Source of the DNA: a virus
DNA length: 64,000 nt
Virus record (IMG/VR): IMGVR_UViG_3300037423_000411
Location: 1-64,000 of that record
Strand: one strand, 5' to 3'
Shown: in pieces, positions 9,471 to 20,246 of the stretch
Numbering within the stretch: the first letter of the stretch is position 1
Layout of the letters: every line of letters begins with the position of its first letter
Notes under the pieces: model-generated
The model's input: the letters and a program-made list of their open reading frames with translations, nothing else
Told to the model about the DNA's origin: nothing
The model's database searches: none
Translations under genes and position numbers: made by a program

Positions 9471-10364
9471 CTAAGTGATCGGATCGTGCCACTTCATCTC
9501 GTACATCGATGAATCGAGGTACTTCATCTTCGCCATCTCGGACACAAAATATGATTTCGACGCTGAACCGCTTCCACCCACAGCGTTAGCACTGCCGGAA
9601 ACGAACCCGCCAGAAGCAAACCCACCGCCTCCACCCGGACTGTAGGAGGTAATGACCACATTGTCACCTGAGGTCCAGGTGATCGAACCACCTTCAGTCA
9701 TGAGCTTCACATCGCTAGCGGCGACGGTGTAACCCTTCGCGAGCTGCTCCTTCTTACGGCGCGCTGCCACACAGCAGTTGATAGTGCAGTCTTCTTTGAG
9801 CCCTTCGTGCTGGACGCCAGGATCGTCAGCGGTGTGCATAGTCGCCTTGATCTCGTTGTCCATCTCCTTGAGCTTCGCAGAAGTCTTAGATGCGTACTCA
9901 GAGATCTTCCCGAACGCTTGCTCGAACATCTCCGTGTTAACAGAGATGTTCGAGAGCGTCATGTGATAGTCCTTCGCGAGCATCTCCTTGTACTTCTTGA
10001 TGTCCCCGATCGGATCGCTGTCAGGGTCATCCCACGTGAGAAGCTTCGGAGGCTTTGTCGCATATCCCGCCACCGCTTTTTTCCCCTGCCAGCATGCGTG
10101 CGGACCTTCTTGTTCGACCACTTTGAGGCAGTGGACACACACAGTCTTGCAAAACTGAGATTTGCCGTGCTGAGGACACTTGTAGTACAGCCCGCCAGCA
10201 TTCTTCGGACACGTGCATTTGAGCTGTTGCTCATAACCCGCAGAGCACTCAGCGCACAGCAGACCGATACACACGCCGCCAAATGTGTAGATCTTGGGAC
10301 CCGGAGCGGAGTAGATGACCCCACAGATCTTGCACTTGAGCTTCGTCGTTCCAACATTGGCCAT
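9471..10364 (-). CDS. Cys-rich hypothetical protein with Gly/Ser-rich tail
   Basis: Several CxxC motifs; visibly more AT-rich codons than neighbours. Confidence 0.6.
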   Translation of the reverse strand: MANVGTTKLKCKICGVIYSAPGPKIYTFGGVCIGLLCAECSAGYEQQLKCTCPKNAGGLYYKCPQHGKSQFCKTVCVHCLKVVEQEGPHACWQGKKAVAGYATKPPKLLTWDDPDSDPIGDIKKYKEMLAKDYHMTLSNISVNTEMFEQAFGKISEYASKTSAKLKEMDNEIKATMHTADDPGVQHEGLKEDCTINCCVAARRKKEQLAKGYTVAASDVKLMTEGGSITWTSGDNVVITSYSPGGGGGFASGGFVSGSANAVGGSGSASKSYFVSEMAKMKYLDSSMYEMKWHDPIT

Positions 10365-11335
10365 CAGCTCGACACCTCCTCGATCACGCTCCGCAGCTCC
10401 TGCAGAACCAGTTGGTCAAGATTCAGCCGCTCGGCGTGCGCGACTACTTCCTCGACAGTGAGGTTGTCCAGTGTGACCTGTCCGACCTCTTCGAGGAACT
10501 CCGATACTCGCGATTGACGTTCCTCTTGTGCTTCCTTGATATCCAGCCGGAACACCTCCTCAGCGGGCCTGTGAGGCACCTCCACGAGCGTGAACCGCTC
10601 GCCTACGACCTCCGAGTCCCAGACCGCGATGGTCGGCTTACGGCGCAACGTCGCCTCGTGCAGGCTGCCTCTCGACAGTGCCCCCATGTTGCAGAAGGTC
10701 ACAGTCGGCACCTTCGTCCGGTAGACGCCGTGAGAATCGTGGATGTGACCGTAGAGGCAGTCTCCGACCAGCATCAGATTGGCCCAGTCCTCGGCCGCGA
10801 TGAAGTCGTAAGGAGGCTCCTGGCCTGGCGGGAAGATCGGCGCATGCGTCACGAGCAGAGGAATCCAGCTCATGTCCTTCAGGTGCCGCTCGTCGGCCCA
10901 TTGCCCGTAGTCCTTGAGCAGGTCCGGCAACCTCTCCCAGTTCGCCTGATACGGCAGCCCGTAGACGGGGAGCGTCGGGTGCGGACCGATCAGTAGCTCG
11001 ATGCCTTCGGCCTTGGCCAGCGTACCGATCGGCTGACTCGGGATCGTCTCCAGCCGGTCATGCGAGAGATCGTGATTGCCAGGAACGATGTACACCGGCA
11101 GACCTGCTGAGGTCAGGACGTCAGCCGTGCGCTGGACAAGCTTGTGCGAAGTTCGATCTGGTCTCTTGATGTGGAAGATGTCCCCGGCCTGAATGACGGC
11201 CTCGCAACCGCGCATCTTGCCGATCTCGACCGCGAGCTGGAGCTTCGTCAGTACGTCTTCGGCGTAGTCGTCGGTCCTGAGCGACGGAGCACGGTCAGCT
11301 AAGTGAACGTCGTTGATCAGCAACAGCTTGGTCAC
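10364..11335 (-). CDS. Mre11/SbcD-like metallophosphoesterase nuclease
   Basis: NDVH, AGDIFH, PGNHD, VTH and YGHIH motifs. Confidence 0.9.
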   Translation of the reverse strand: MTKLLLINDVHLADRAPSLRTDDYAEDVLTKLQLAVEIGKMRGCEAVIQAGDIFHIKRPDRTSHKLVQRTADVLTSAGLPVYIVPGNHDLSHDRLETIPSQPIGTLAKAEGIELLIGPHPTLPVYGLPYQANWERLPDLLKDYGQWADERHLKDMSWIPLLVTHAPIFPPGQEPPYDFIAAEDWANLMLVGDCLYGHIHDSHGVYRTKVPTVTFCNMGALSRGSLHEATLRRKPTIAVWDSEVVGERFTLVEVPHRPAEEVFRLDIKEAQEERQSRVSEFLEEVGQVTLDNLTVEEVVAHAERLNLDQLVLQELRSVIEEVSS

Positions 11336-11636
11336 GTTTCTGCCTCCTCTCGATAGCTTGACGCCACTGCAGAGCTACCGCTGCGACCTGCAACAGCTCG
11401 TACTTCAACTTCTCCGGATCGGATTCCGCAAACGACTCGAAAACCTCTTCAGCCAAGATGTGACGCCAGGTGATGGAACCGTCCTCAGTCGCCTGGTCAC
11501 ACTGCTCGCGAATCTTTGCTGCGATTTCCGCGTCAAAGGGACGGCCGGTGCCGTCAGGATGGTTCTGCTCGCCCCACTTGTCGTCCTGGCGAACCGACTC
11601 GTCCCGAACATCTCGCAGCGTCGCGATGGAGATCAT
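11295..11636 (-). CDS. MazG-like all-alpha NTP pyrophosphohydrolase
   Basis: RQDDKWGEQNH, ILAEEVFE, ELLQVAAVA. Confidence 0.75.
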   Translation of the reverse strand: MISIATLRDVRDESVRQDDKWGEQNHPDGTGRPFDAEIAAKIREQCDQATEDGSITWRHILAEEVFESFAESDPEKLKYELLQVAAVALQWRQAIERRQKRDQAVADQRRSLS

Positions 11637-11652
11637 GCTCTTACGTACGGCC

Positions 11653-12459
11653 TTAGACGCTGATCGGCGCCTTGATGGCCGGATGAGGGTCGTAGCCGAT
11701 CAACTTCACGTCCGTCATGAGGTAGCTGTCAATGTTCGGTCGGTCTGCCAGCATGACCACCGGCAGGTTTCGCGGCTCACGACTCAGCAGCTCACGTGCC
11801 TGGTCCAGGTGGCTCAGGTAGAGGTGCGCCTCTCCCAGCGTGTGCACGAACTCCCCAACCGCGAGACCGGTCTGAGCAGCAATCATGTGCGTCAGCAGCG
11901 CGTAGGACGCGATGTTGAACGGGACTCCCAGGAACACGTCGGCCGAACGCTGGTACAGCTGGCAAGACAGTTCGTGGCGGCTGTTCACGTAGAACTGGAA
12001 CAGCAAGTGGCACGGAGGCAGCGCCATCTCAGGGAGATCAGCCACGTTCCAGGCAGACACGATGTGCCGACGCGAGTACGGATTCGTCCTGAGGCTGTTG
12101 ATGACTTCTGCAATCTGATCTACGTATCCCGTCTCGCCCTTCCAGTCCTTGAACTCCCAGCTACGCCACTGCTTGCCGTAGATCGGGCCGAGCCGACCCT
12201 TGTCATCGGCCCACTTGTCCCAGATGGTCACGCCCTGATCTTCCAGCCAGCTGATATCTGTCGCCCCTTTCAGGAACCACAGCAGCTCGGCCACGATGGA
12301 CTTGAAATGCACCTTCTTCGTGGTCAGCAACGGGAAACCCTCGCGCAGATCGTACCGGGCCTGATGCCCGAAGATCCCCAGCGTGCCTGTGCCGGTCCTG
12401 TCCGACCGCTCTTCGCCCTCGTTCAGGATCTTGCGAACTAGGTCGTGATACTGCTGCAT
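11653..12459 (-). CDS. thyA: thymidylate synthase
   Basis: [35 protein letters not shown]. Confidence 0.97.
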   Translation of the reverse strand: MQQYHDLVRKILNEGEERSDRTGTGTLGIFGHQARYDLREGFPLLTTKKVHFKSIVAELLWFLKGATDISWLEDQGVTIWDKWADDKGRLGPIYGKQWRSWEFKDWKGETGYVDQIAEVINSLRTNPYSRRHIVSAWNVADLPEMALPPCHLLFQFYVNSRHELSCQLYQRSADVFLGVPFNIASYALLTHMIAAQTGLAVGEFVHTLGEAHLYLSHLDQARELLSREPRNLPVVMLADRPNIDSYLMTDVKLIGYDPHPAIKAPISV

Positions 12460-12880
12460 TGCTGGCCCTTCTCGTAGACGGCAACAACGTCCTTCCAGGA
12501 CCCGTCTGCCTCCTGCCGCTTGCGTTCCTCCACCAGCAGCTTCAGCAGCTCGATACGGCGCTTGAGGCGCCTCTCGGCCTTCTCCCAGTCGTCCACGAAG
12601 TACTGCATGTTCTGCCAGGCGGCGTAGACCCTGTAACCCGGCGCGAGTTCTGTCTTGTGCCGCACGACGTTGCTCAGCATCTCAGGCATGTCACCAGTCC
12701 TCAGGACGGTTCTTCGCCGGGACGGACAGCCTGCACACGTACTCCTGGTGCTCCTGGCTGAACCAGATGTCGAACCGTGCACCGGAGAAGCTTTCTACGC
12801 CTTCGTCTTTCAGGTCCTGAATGAGCTGCTTGTGAACCTCGACCATCTTGTCGTTCAGGTCGTAGCTGTCCCACGTCAGA

Positions 12881-13213
12881 TCAGGCACCAGACGGCAGGT
12901 CACCGAGAGGTCCTGCCTCACCAGGTAATCGTCCACGACGGTCCTCCTTGTCGTGCAGCGGGCAGTACCAGAACCGCTTGTGCACTACACCGCTGTAAGG
13001 ATCGGCTTGCGAGTTGTACGGCGGGAACCGCTTGTGAATGTCGTCGGTCCTGGTGCACATGCGATCGCGGTTGATGACGCACTCGTCGGCGTACAGAACC
13101 ATCCAGCCCTTGTGCATCGGGTCCTGGTTCCAGGACGGGTAATCGACCACCTTCACGTAGAAGTTGGCTTCGCCGTGCACAATCCCGCCCTTGTTGAACT
13201 GCTTCTCAGTCAT
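12881..13213 (-). CDS. hypothetical protein
   Basis: One of a run of coupled small ORFs between 12438 and 13824. Confidence 0.45.
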   Translation of the reverse strand: MTEKQFNKGGIVHGEANFYVKVVDYPSWNQDPMHKGWMVLYADECVINRDRMCTRTDDIHKRFPPYNSQADPYSGVVHKRFWYCPLHDKEDRRGRLPGEAGPLGDLPSGA

Positions 13214-13820
13214 CGTCGGTCTCTGGCTCGATCAGCTCGTACCCGCAGTTCCTCAGCGAGTCCTCGGTCACTAGGAACCGATCTGTGGACTTGAACAAGT
13301 CGTCGTACGCCTCCGCATACGCGATGTCTCCGCCCAGCGTCCGCAGGTCCCCGACGCGTACCCCGGTATAAAAGCCGACGTATCCGATGACGTTCACCTC
13401 GCCTCCCGTCGAGTTGCGCCACAGTCCTCGCGGGACATTGCGCGAGCACGAGTCGGCCATCTTCACGATCTGCTCGGCCAGGTTGTCCCGGAACTTCTCC
13501 AGATTCCCCTGCAGCGAGAACGGCGCGACCTCCTGCTCGTTCAGCAGGGCCATCAGCTGCTCTCGATCAATCACGGTAGTCACCCCACAGCCAGTCGTAG
13601 AAGTCCAGCTCGACCTGCACATCGACGTACTTGCTACGAGGGTCCTCGACCTGGCGTTCGTCGCCCATCGAGACGTAGCACCGCATGTCCCTCTTGAGGT
13701 GCTCCACGGCCTTCTGAGCCGACTCCTGCGCAGTCAAAGACTCATCGGACCGTCCGTCAGCGGCATTCAAACCTTCGGCGTAGACCTGCTCGAACAGCTC
13801 AAGCAGTTCCTCGATGAGCG

Positions 13821-14255
13821 TCACGCGATCGCCTCCAGGAAGTCAGGTTCCGACTCCTCGTAGAACGCTCCTACCGTGACGTCGTCCGGCGAGAGATCCC
13901 CGCTCCAGACCGCCACAAGCTCTCTGACGGCCTGCTTGACCTCATCGAAGGTGTGTCCCTGTGTCGCCTGGTTCGCGGCCTGAGGCACGCGCACAACGAT
14001 CCAGTCACTACCTTCGGTGTGCTCCATGTGCCAGTACACATCGAACGGATCTGTCATCTTGTGCTCTTTCTTGATGTCAGACGACGGAGCAGGATGCTCC
14101 CAGTCGTGCGGGACAGAATCGCAGCAGGCCTCGTACGAGCAAACGAACCCGTCTTCCAGCGTCACATCGTCAGGGCAGTCAGGATCGACCGACACGATGC
14201 GCTGATGCACGTACCGGCAGTCGCAGACCAGCTCCCCTACCTGAGGAGTCGTCAC
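13821..14255 (-). CDS. protein with a C-terminal HicB-like domain
   Basis: WIVVRVPQ..ATQGHTFDEVKQAVRELV matches the HicB RNase H-like pattern; possible internal start at 14057. Confidence 0.6.
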   Translation of the reverse strand: MTTPQVGELVCDCRYVHQRIVSVDPDCPDDVTLEDGFVCSYEACCDSVPHDWEHPAPSSDIKKEHKMTDPFDVYWHMEHTEGSDWIVVRVPQAANQATQGHTFDEVKQAVRELVAVWSGDLSPDDVTVGAFYEESEPDFLEAIA

Positions 14256-14664
14256 TTCGCCTCCGGGGGCTTCTGGTCCTTCGGCAGGCACAGCCCCTGA
14301 CCCCCAGCCGCGTCAGGCCACCAGATGTGATCGTGCTTCCCGTCGTCCTTGCCGTTGTCGTACACGCACGCAGTCGCACGGTCCTGCTTCATCTCCTCAG
14401 GCGTGTCAGGAGGAGATTGCGCCCACATGTACCAGATCCCGTAAATGACCCCGAAGACCAGACCGACAGCACCTGCGACAGCGAGCATGACCTGAAGCGG
14501 CTCCTGCCACATCTTCCAGATCGCGAGCTTCTCGCGTTGCAGCTGAATCCTCTGCTTCTCGACTTCTGCTGTCGCTGCGATCTGAGCCAGCTTCTGCTGG
14601 TTCTCGTGCTTCAGCTTCATCTCGTCCAGGCGCTGAAAGTGTGTCTGCTCATCCTGCACGGTCA
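14252..14664 (-). CDS. single-pass membrane protein
   Basis: Coiled coil followed by VMLAVAGAVGLVFGVIYGIWYMW; start approximate. Confidence 0.55.
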
Positions 14665-14828
14665 CTTGTCCTCCCAACCACAGCTCAGGCACTGCTCCCA
14701 GCCGTACACGTCTTCCAGCCCTGTGGTCTGCCCACAACGAGGACACTCGCCTTTCCTGACCTTCACCTTGTCGCGCTGCTTCTGCACATACTTCACGACC
14801 ATGTGCATCACGATCGACGGAATGACGC

Positions 14829-15434
14829 TCATCGGCTGCCTCCTGCTTGCGCCCAATCGCAGCTCAGCCCACCGGCCTTGTAGCCGTCGTAGAGCAAGCA
14901 CACGACCTGCTTCTTCTGCCCATCCGGATACGTCACGTCTCGCTCGACCTGCACAACGGTGTAGTTGATCCCGTTGTCACCTGAGGGGTACGTCGGCTCA
15001 GGTGCTGACGCCTCACCACAGCCACTCAGAGCGCCTAACAGCGCGAAGGTGGCCACTGGTACCGCGACGACCTTCAAACGCCCCTGAAGGACACGCACGA
15101 CCCCGAGCATCCGGCCCTTGAACTTCTTCTTGCGATTCTTCCAGTGCTTGTACCACTGCCAGAACGTTTTCCACGCACACAGCGCCCAGACGAGCGACCC
15201 CACGAACGTGATCGCGTGAAACTCGAAGAACAGGATCTCAACCCAGAGAAGAACCGCGCACGTCAGACAACACAGGAACATCGCGAACTGCCCCGCGTTG
15301 CACCAGTGCGGCCTGATGCGGAACATCGTGCAGTCGCAGCTGAGACGCGGCGGCACCCAGTTCTTCAGTTCCATCAGAACCAAGAGCGTCGCTGGCACGA
15401 ACGTCGCGAAGTACAGCGCGTAGAGCACAGTCAC
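14829..15434 (-). CDS. multi-pass membrane protein with lipoprotein-like C-terminal part
   Basis: Hydrophobic helices and LSGC lipobox-like motif; ACTCTCAC-GAAGGAGG upstream. Confidence 0.55.
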   Translation of the reverse strand: MTVLYALYFATFVPATLLVLMELKNWVPPRLSCDCTMFRIRPHWCNAGQFAMFLCCLTCAVLLWVEILFFEFHAITFVGSLVWALCAWKTFWQWYKHWKNRKKKFKGRMLGVVRVLQGRLKVVAVPVATFALLGALSGCGEASAPEPTYPSGDNGINYTVVQVERDVTYPDGQKKQVVCLLYDGYKAGGLSCDWAQAGGSR

Positions 15435-15462
15435 GACCTGTTGCCTCCTTCGTGAGAGTTGT

Positions 15463-15509
15463 GACTCGGCCGCGCTTCTATGGGCTGCGGCAGGAAGATA
15501 GGCCGAGTC
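15463..15509 (-). ncRNA. variant TIGR-like unit (CCT first box)
   Basis: GACTCGG-CCT-N16-CCA-N10-GCCGAGTC. Confidence 0.55.
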
Positions 15510-15533
15510 TCCGAAGAGGTTACACACGTCAAC

Positions 15534-15845
15534 TCACGGAGTGCAACAAATCCCGCAACATCCGTGCACGCCCCAGCCGTCGTCGCCCGTGGGCAAGCTG
15601 AGCTGAAACGCCAAGGCGTCCGGATCGGGATGCCCGATGCCGTGTCGGCAGATGCGCTCGAACATTCTGCGGTCGTCTCGCCAGTGCAAGGGCAGGTCGC
15701 GCATGTGGTGATCGGACGGGTTGTGTACGACACACGGCCGTCCCGCGCACTTGAGGCGCGAGTGCACTCCCCGCAGCAGCGTCCCGTCAGGGAGCGTGTA
15801 CGTCTCCAGCAACCCGAACTGCTCGATGAGCTTCTCGTAGTTCAT
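15534..15845 (-). CDS. conserved His/Cys-rich phage hypothetical protein
   Basis: CVVHNPSDHHM, ERICRHGIGHPDPD, HGCCGIC. Confidence 0.65.
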   Translation of the reverse strand: MNYEKLIEQFGLLETYTLPDGTLLRGVHSRLKCAGRPCVVHNPSDHHMRDLPLHWRDDRRMFERICRHGIGHPDPDALAFQLSLPTGDDGWGVHGCCGICCTP

Positions 15846-15866
15846 GCTTCCTCAATCGGTGTTGTT

Positions 15867-16107
15867 CGGCCAGAGCGACGAAATTATGGGCTGTGCGTAG
15901 TTACCTGGCCCTGGCCGGGCCTTGTGCTGAGCGGCATCTTTTGGTTCTCGAATGGAGCTGGCTCAGCAAGATCTTGAGTTGTCCGACGACTGAGGCGGAC
16001 AGATTTTGGTTCCTCGACTTCATTTGGCCTCAGCCAGATCTTGAGTTGTCCGACGACTTGAGGGGCGAGCGAATCTTGGCTTCGCATAAATCTCATGGCC
16101 CCTCAAG
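15867..16107 (-). ncRNA. TIGR-like stem-loop array, 4 units
   Basis: Units at 15867-15917, 15926-15967, 15990-16033 and 16057-16107, each stem-CCA-N14-16-CCA-N9-10-stem. Confidence 0.85.
15969..16058. repeat. exact 23-bp direct repeat used as inter-unit linker
   Basis: AGATCTTGAGTTGTCCGACGACT at 15969-15991 and 16036-16058. Confidence 0.95.
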
Positions 16108-16407
16108 CATCACGCTACGCGCGCACCTCTCGCGTGATCTTTCCCTGATACCTGTATGAAGGTGATCCGGGAGTGGCGAAGGGATGCAGAGGCAGAAGCC
16201 CCCTACCCCCAGAAACCGACTGGTTTCCCGGTGTAGAAGGACTCCTACGTCAAGCTGCATGAAGTATGACCGTTCAGCGGCTCGGGTACGCAGTCGTCGC
16301 CCCCTTTGCCTTCACGTACGGACTTCGGGCCGAGAAACGACACAACCCCTGTCGCGGATTAGCCGGGCCTCTGAAGGCGTTGCATATTGGCGACAGGGGA
16401 AGGTGGC

Positions 16408-16731
16408 TCAGTGAGCGTGCTGTGCGCGGTAAGCGGCAACCTCGCGCTGCTGAGCGGCCCTCACGTCGAAGTACTGCGGCACACCCCAGTCATCCACGTA
16501 GATGCCAACAAGCTGAGCCTTGGGCTGAGTCGCCACAGCCAGCAACCAGAACAGCAGCCAGAAACCGAAGGTGAACAGCGTCAGGATCGCGTGAACCGTG
16601 TTGTTCACCGGTGCTGGCATCCGCCAGACGTGTGCGACGCCGCTACCGACCCATGCGACGCGGTTACCCTGCGCCGCCTCCATCGCCAACGCGTTCTGGA
16701 GGATCATCTGCCGCTCTACCTGGTTGATCAC
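16408..16731 (-). CDS. small membrane protein
   Basis: VNNTVHAILTLFTFGFWLLFWL; class I promoter and CTCTCAC motif upstream. Confidence 0.7.
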   Translation of the reverse strand: MINQVERQMILQNALAMEAAQGNRVAWVGSGVAHVWRMPAPVNNTVHAILTLFTFGFWLLFWLLAVATQPKAQLVGIYVDDWGVPQYFDVRAAQQREVAAYRAQHAH

Positions 16732-16844
16732 TGTTCTGCCTCCTGGCTCCTTTACCGCTTGTGAGAGGTGCTGTCAAGGCCAGTATGCAGGATTAGTTGA
16801 CAGACGTCAACCACAGGCTACAAGAGGCCTCCGACAGTTTCTGC

Positions 16845-17090
16845 TCACCAGCCGTCCGGGATCATCTCCGGGTGGCCCAAGGCCTTCGCCCGACGTTTGA
16901 TGAGCGCCTTCGCGGCAGCAGGGTTCTTCGCCCGGCCGATGCTCTGGATCGCGCGACGGAGCGCGTCGACGTCAGGGATTGGGAAGGAACCGTCAGGCAG
17001 TGCCTGGTTCTTGTTCGCCAGTGTGTCGCGCTTCTTGGTGGAGAACTTACGGCTCGACAGCTCCACCAGCTTGTCGGTGTACTCGCCCAT
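16845..17090 (-). CDS. small basic protein, candidate virion internal protein
   Basis: ALPDGSFPI..L..AI...GRA..IKRRAKALG motif; N-terminus MGEYTDKLVELS. Confidence 0.7.
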   Translation of the reverse strand: MGEYTDKLVELSSRKFSTKKRDTLANKNQALPDGSFPIPDVDALRRAIQSIGRAKNPAAAKALIKRRAKALGHPEMIPDGW

Positions 17091-17100
17091 ACATGCGAAA

Positions 17101-17210
17101 TCGGCCCGGACTGGCGCTCCCACCGTGGGAAGCGTTACTACGATGGCCAGTCCGGGCCGAAGAAAGTGACCTCGCGCCGGATACACGGGTTCCGAGATGA
17201 CATGGCGAGG
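17101..17210 (-). ncRNA. TIGR-like array, 2 units
   Basis: 17101-17160 (15-bp stem, CCA-TCGTAGTAA-CG-CTTC-CCA-CGGTGGGAG-CG) and 17170-17210 (CCA/CCG boxes). Confidence 0.8.
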
Positions 17211-17211
17211 C

Positions 17212-17658
17212 CTAGTTCAAGAGCACGCCTTCGAGCATTCCGTCTTCCCGACGATAGACCACCATCAGGAGCTGACTGCCTCGCAGCATCCTCAGGCAGC
17301 CGCCACAAGGCTCGTCAGTCACGTAGATCGTCGCGTCGCGACGGTCTTCCTGGTCACTGTACATCACCGCATTTTGCTCAGCGTGCAGTGCGATGCAAGA
17401 CCCAGCGCCGGTGTCGTACGAAGAAGGCAGCTCAGAAGCCCCAGGAGGCAGCTCTGAGAGGCTCAAGAGGCCCCGAGGACACTCGCCCTTGAGGCAACTC
17501 TTACCACCCGCAGGCCCGCCGTTGTAGCCCGTTGCAACGATACGCCGGTCCTTGACGATGACAGCCCCGACCTGACGTCGGGTGCAATCGGCTCTCGCGC
17601 TGACTGCCTTCGCGATGCCGAGAAAATACTCGTCCCAGTTCGGGCGTTCAGGGCTCAT
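17212..17658 (-). CDS. dCMP deaminase
   Basis: CTRRQVGAVI, TGYNG, HAEQNA, PCGGC. Confidence 0.93.
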   Translation of the reverse strand: MSPERPNWDEYFLGIAKAVSARADCTRRQVGAVIVKDRRIVATGYNGGPAGGKSCLKGECPRGLLSLSELPPGASELPSSYDTGAGSCIALHAEQNAVMYSDQEDRRDATIYVTDEPCGGCLRMLRGSQLLMVVYRREDGMLEGVLLN

Positions 17659-20246
17659 GTGTCTCCGACTCCTCGTAGACCGTGATAGGCGCGCCGTAGC
17701 GGAAAAGATCCTCCCAAGGCCGCTTCATGTCACCACAGATCCAGAGCCCGTCACCAGACCACTCCCAGGTGTCGCCGTCGTTGTCGCGCACCAGGGACTT
17801 GCGGTCAGGCTCAGGAGGGATCGGCGTTGGCACCTTGTCGATGATGAGATCTGGTCGCACCCACATCTTGTACTGGTCAGTCTTCGAGAAGACCTCGACC
17901 GCGTACCCGATTTCCTGGTCATCGATGGCTTCGAGCACCTTGCAGCGCACGAGCACGTAGTCACCAGGCTTGAATCGTGTGGTCATCGACAGCTCACTCC
18001 CGGAAAGGTGTCTTCCCACATGATCTCCAACGCGACCCGTTCTCCTTGCTCCAGCATGGTCAGTTCGTGATCAGGAAAGAGTTGTGAGGAAGCACCAGAG
18101 GCCAGACGCTTCAACGCCCAGTACTCCTCCAGGTCTTCGCTGTTGAGGATTCGGACCTTCACAGCACCTCATCTCCCCGCTGGTTTGTGATCGGTGACGT
18201 ACCCGGTCATATCGGGGTCGTACGCGTGGTTCTTACAGGCCTTCTTGCTCAGGAAAGCCTCGAACCCTCCCGTCAGACCGAGATATGGAGGCGGCTGCTC
18301 AGGCTCGTAGAGCCCTTGGTCCTCCTGAATGATGGACTCAACGGTCTGCCAGCCGTACTTGGTCTTGTCGCCGGGGATCTTGAGCTTCACCACGTCACCG
18401 AGCAGGATTGGTCGGCCCTTGAAGTGCGGGTGTCTCACTGCAGCTCCTCCGGATCGACGTCGTCCGGGAAGTGCAGTTCAGGCACGTATGGCTCTTGCAG
18501 CTTGCGTACCTCGTGCAGCACCTCACTGTGAGCGTTGCGTTGACGCTCGTCGGCGCCTCTGTACGGCAGGTCAGCACCAAAGGCCGTGTAGCCGAGATCG
18601 TCAATAACCTTCAGCTGCGCATCGGTGTACTCAGGACCTGGCTCCGACTCGGGCAGGTAGTCACCACCCAGGCAGAACTCCAGGCCTCGACGGATCTCTT
18701 CCTTGGTCGGCAGACGCCTGATGTCACGCAGGAAGTTCACGATCATCTCCTGAATCGCGTCATCCAGAACGTCGGCAGGCTGATCACCCCACAGCAGCGT
18801 CTTGCCGTTGACCGGTTCGCCTTGCTCCCAATATCCCATTACGCCTTGCTCCTTTCGGATTTCAGCACGTGCGCATGTGCCGTGCAGTCGATACTGATCT
18901 GTGCAATGAGACTCATCCCGGACGAGAAGGCCCGGCAGCCGTTGTTGCACATCCACGGCGTGATGTTCGTGGCGTTGCTGAGATGCGCCCGTCGCCGATT
19001 CACGTCCGAGACCGGCGTGTAGGTACGACCGTGCGTACCGTCCAGCTTCGGCTCGATCCGCACCATGATGCGGGTGATCACATGTCCTCCCATTCACTGA
19101 CGCGACGACGAACGACCTTCCAGTTCTTCAGCGACTTGGACGCGGTGTCCTTTGCCAGCTCCAGTGAGTCGGCCGGAAGGATCGTGCCGTAACCGTCCGT
19201 CAAGGCGTACTCGTACTGCTCCTCCGACGAAGTTGGCTCTTCGTTGCTCATGCTTCCTCCCATTCACTGACTCGGCGACGAACGATTTTGATGCCCGGAG
19301 CAAGCTTCGGCTTGTCCTTGCCAGGACGCAACGCGTCGATGTTGCCTCCGAAGTTCCCTTCCAGACCAGGCTCGCCGTACTCGCCCACGATGCCGTACTG
19401 CCAGACCTCGCCGCGCTCCTCCATCTGCTCTTCGACCCAGGAACAGGTCTCGCAGGGGTAGGACTGCTTCCTAATACCCTGCGAGACAGTGCAAATGGCA
19501 TCCTGCCCGTACTTGCAGAGGTGCTTCGAGCAACAGTGCTCAGTGTGCACGTCGGTGAAGTCCTGGCCTTGGTAGCACTGCTTGCACTTCGTGTACTGCG
19601 CGAACGCCACGCTGTCTTCGAAGTACTGCGTACTCAGGCCAACATCCCAGACACCACACGGCGTCAGGTCAGCGTTCGGCGGCAAACGATGCAACAGCGA
19701 CTGTGCGCTGTCTCGAAAGATGCGACCCTCGATCACGACTCCTCCTCTCCTGCAACCTCGAACAGCTCACGGGCGAACTCCATCGGGTCGCCGCCCAAGG
19801 CGTAGACGTCGAAGGTCTTGTAGACCCACTGCGTGTTCGGCTTGTTCCGCTTGCGCGTCTTCACCGTGACGATCGTGTCGGCTTCCCAGTAGGTCTGGTC
19901 GTCCTGCCAGCTCTCGTTGTGCTTGACCGAAATGCTCGTGACTTCACGGTCCTTCAGACGCTCGTCCTTCTTCCGCGCCCAGGCTTCGAGAGCCTGCTCG
20001 AAGGTCATCACCACTGCACCCCGTGATCCTTCAGGAACTTCAGGACGTCGGCCACCGGAACAGAATCTTCCTTCTTGAAGTCGTCCTCCAGGAAGACAAT
20101 CAACTCGGCCATGACATCGGAATCGTGACCGACGACCTCGTTCACACGAATCGCCTTCTCGACGCGCTGAAGCAGCTCGCCGCCGACACCGGCCATATCC
20201 AGGTACTCCAAGGTCTGCCTGTCGTAGTTCGACAGCTTGAACGTGC

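Noticed and set aside
15969-16058. CRISPR array
   Set aside because: Only two 23-bp copies, no cas operon, and the intervening sequences are themselves structured TIGR-like units
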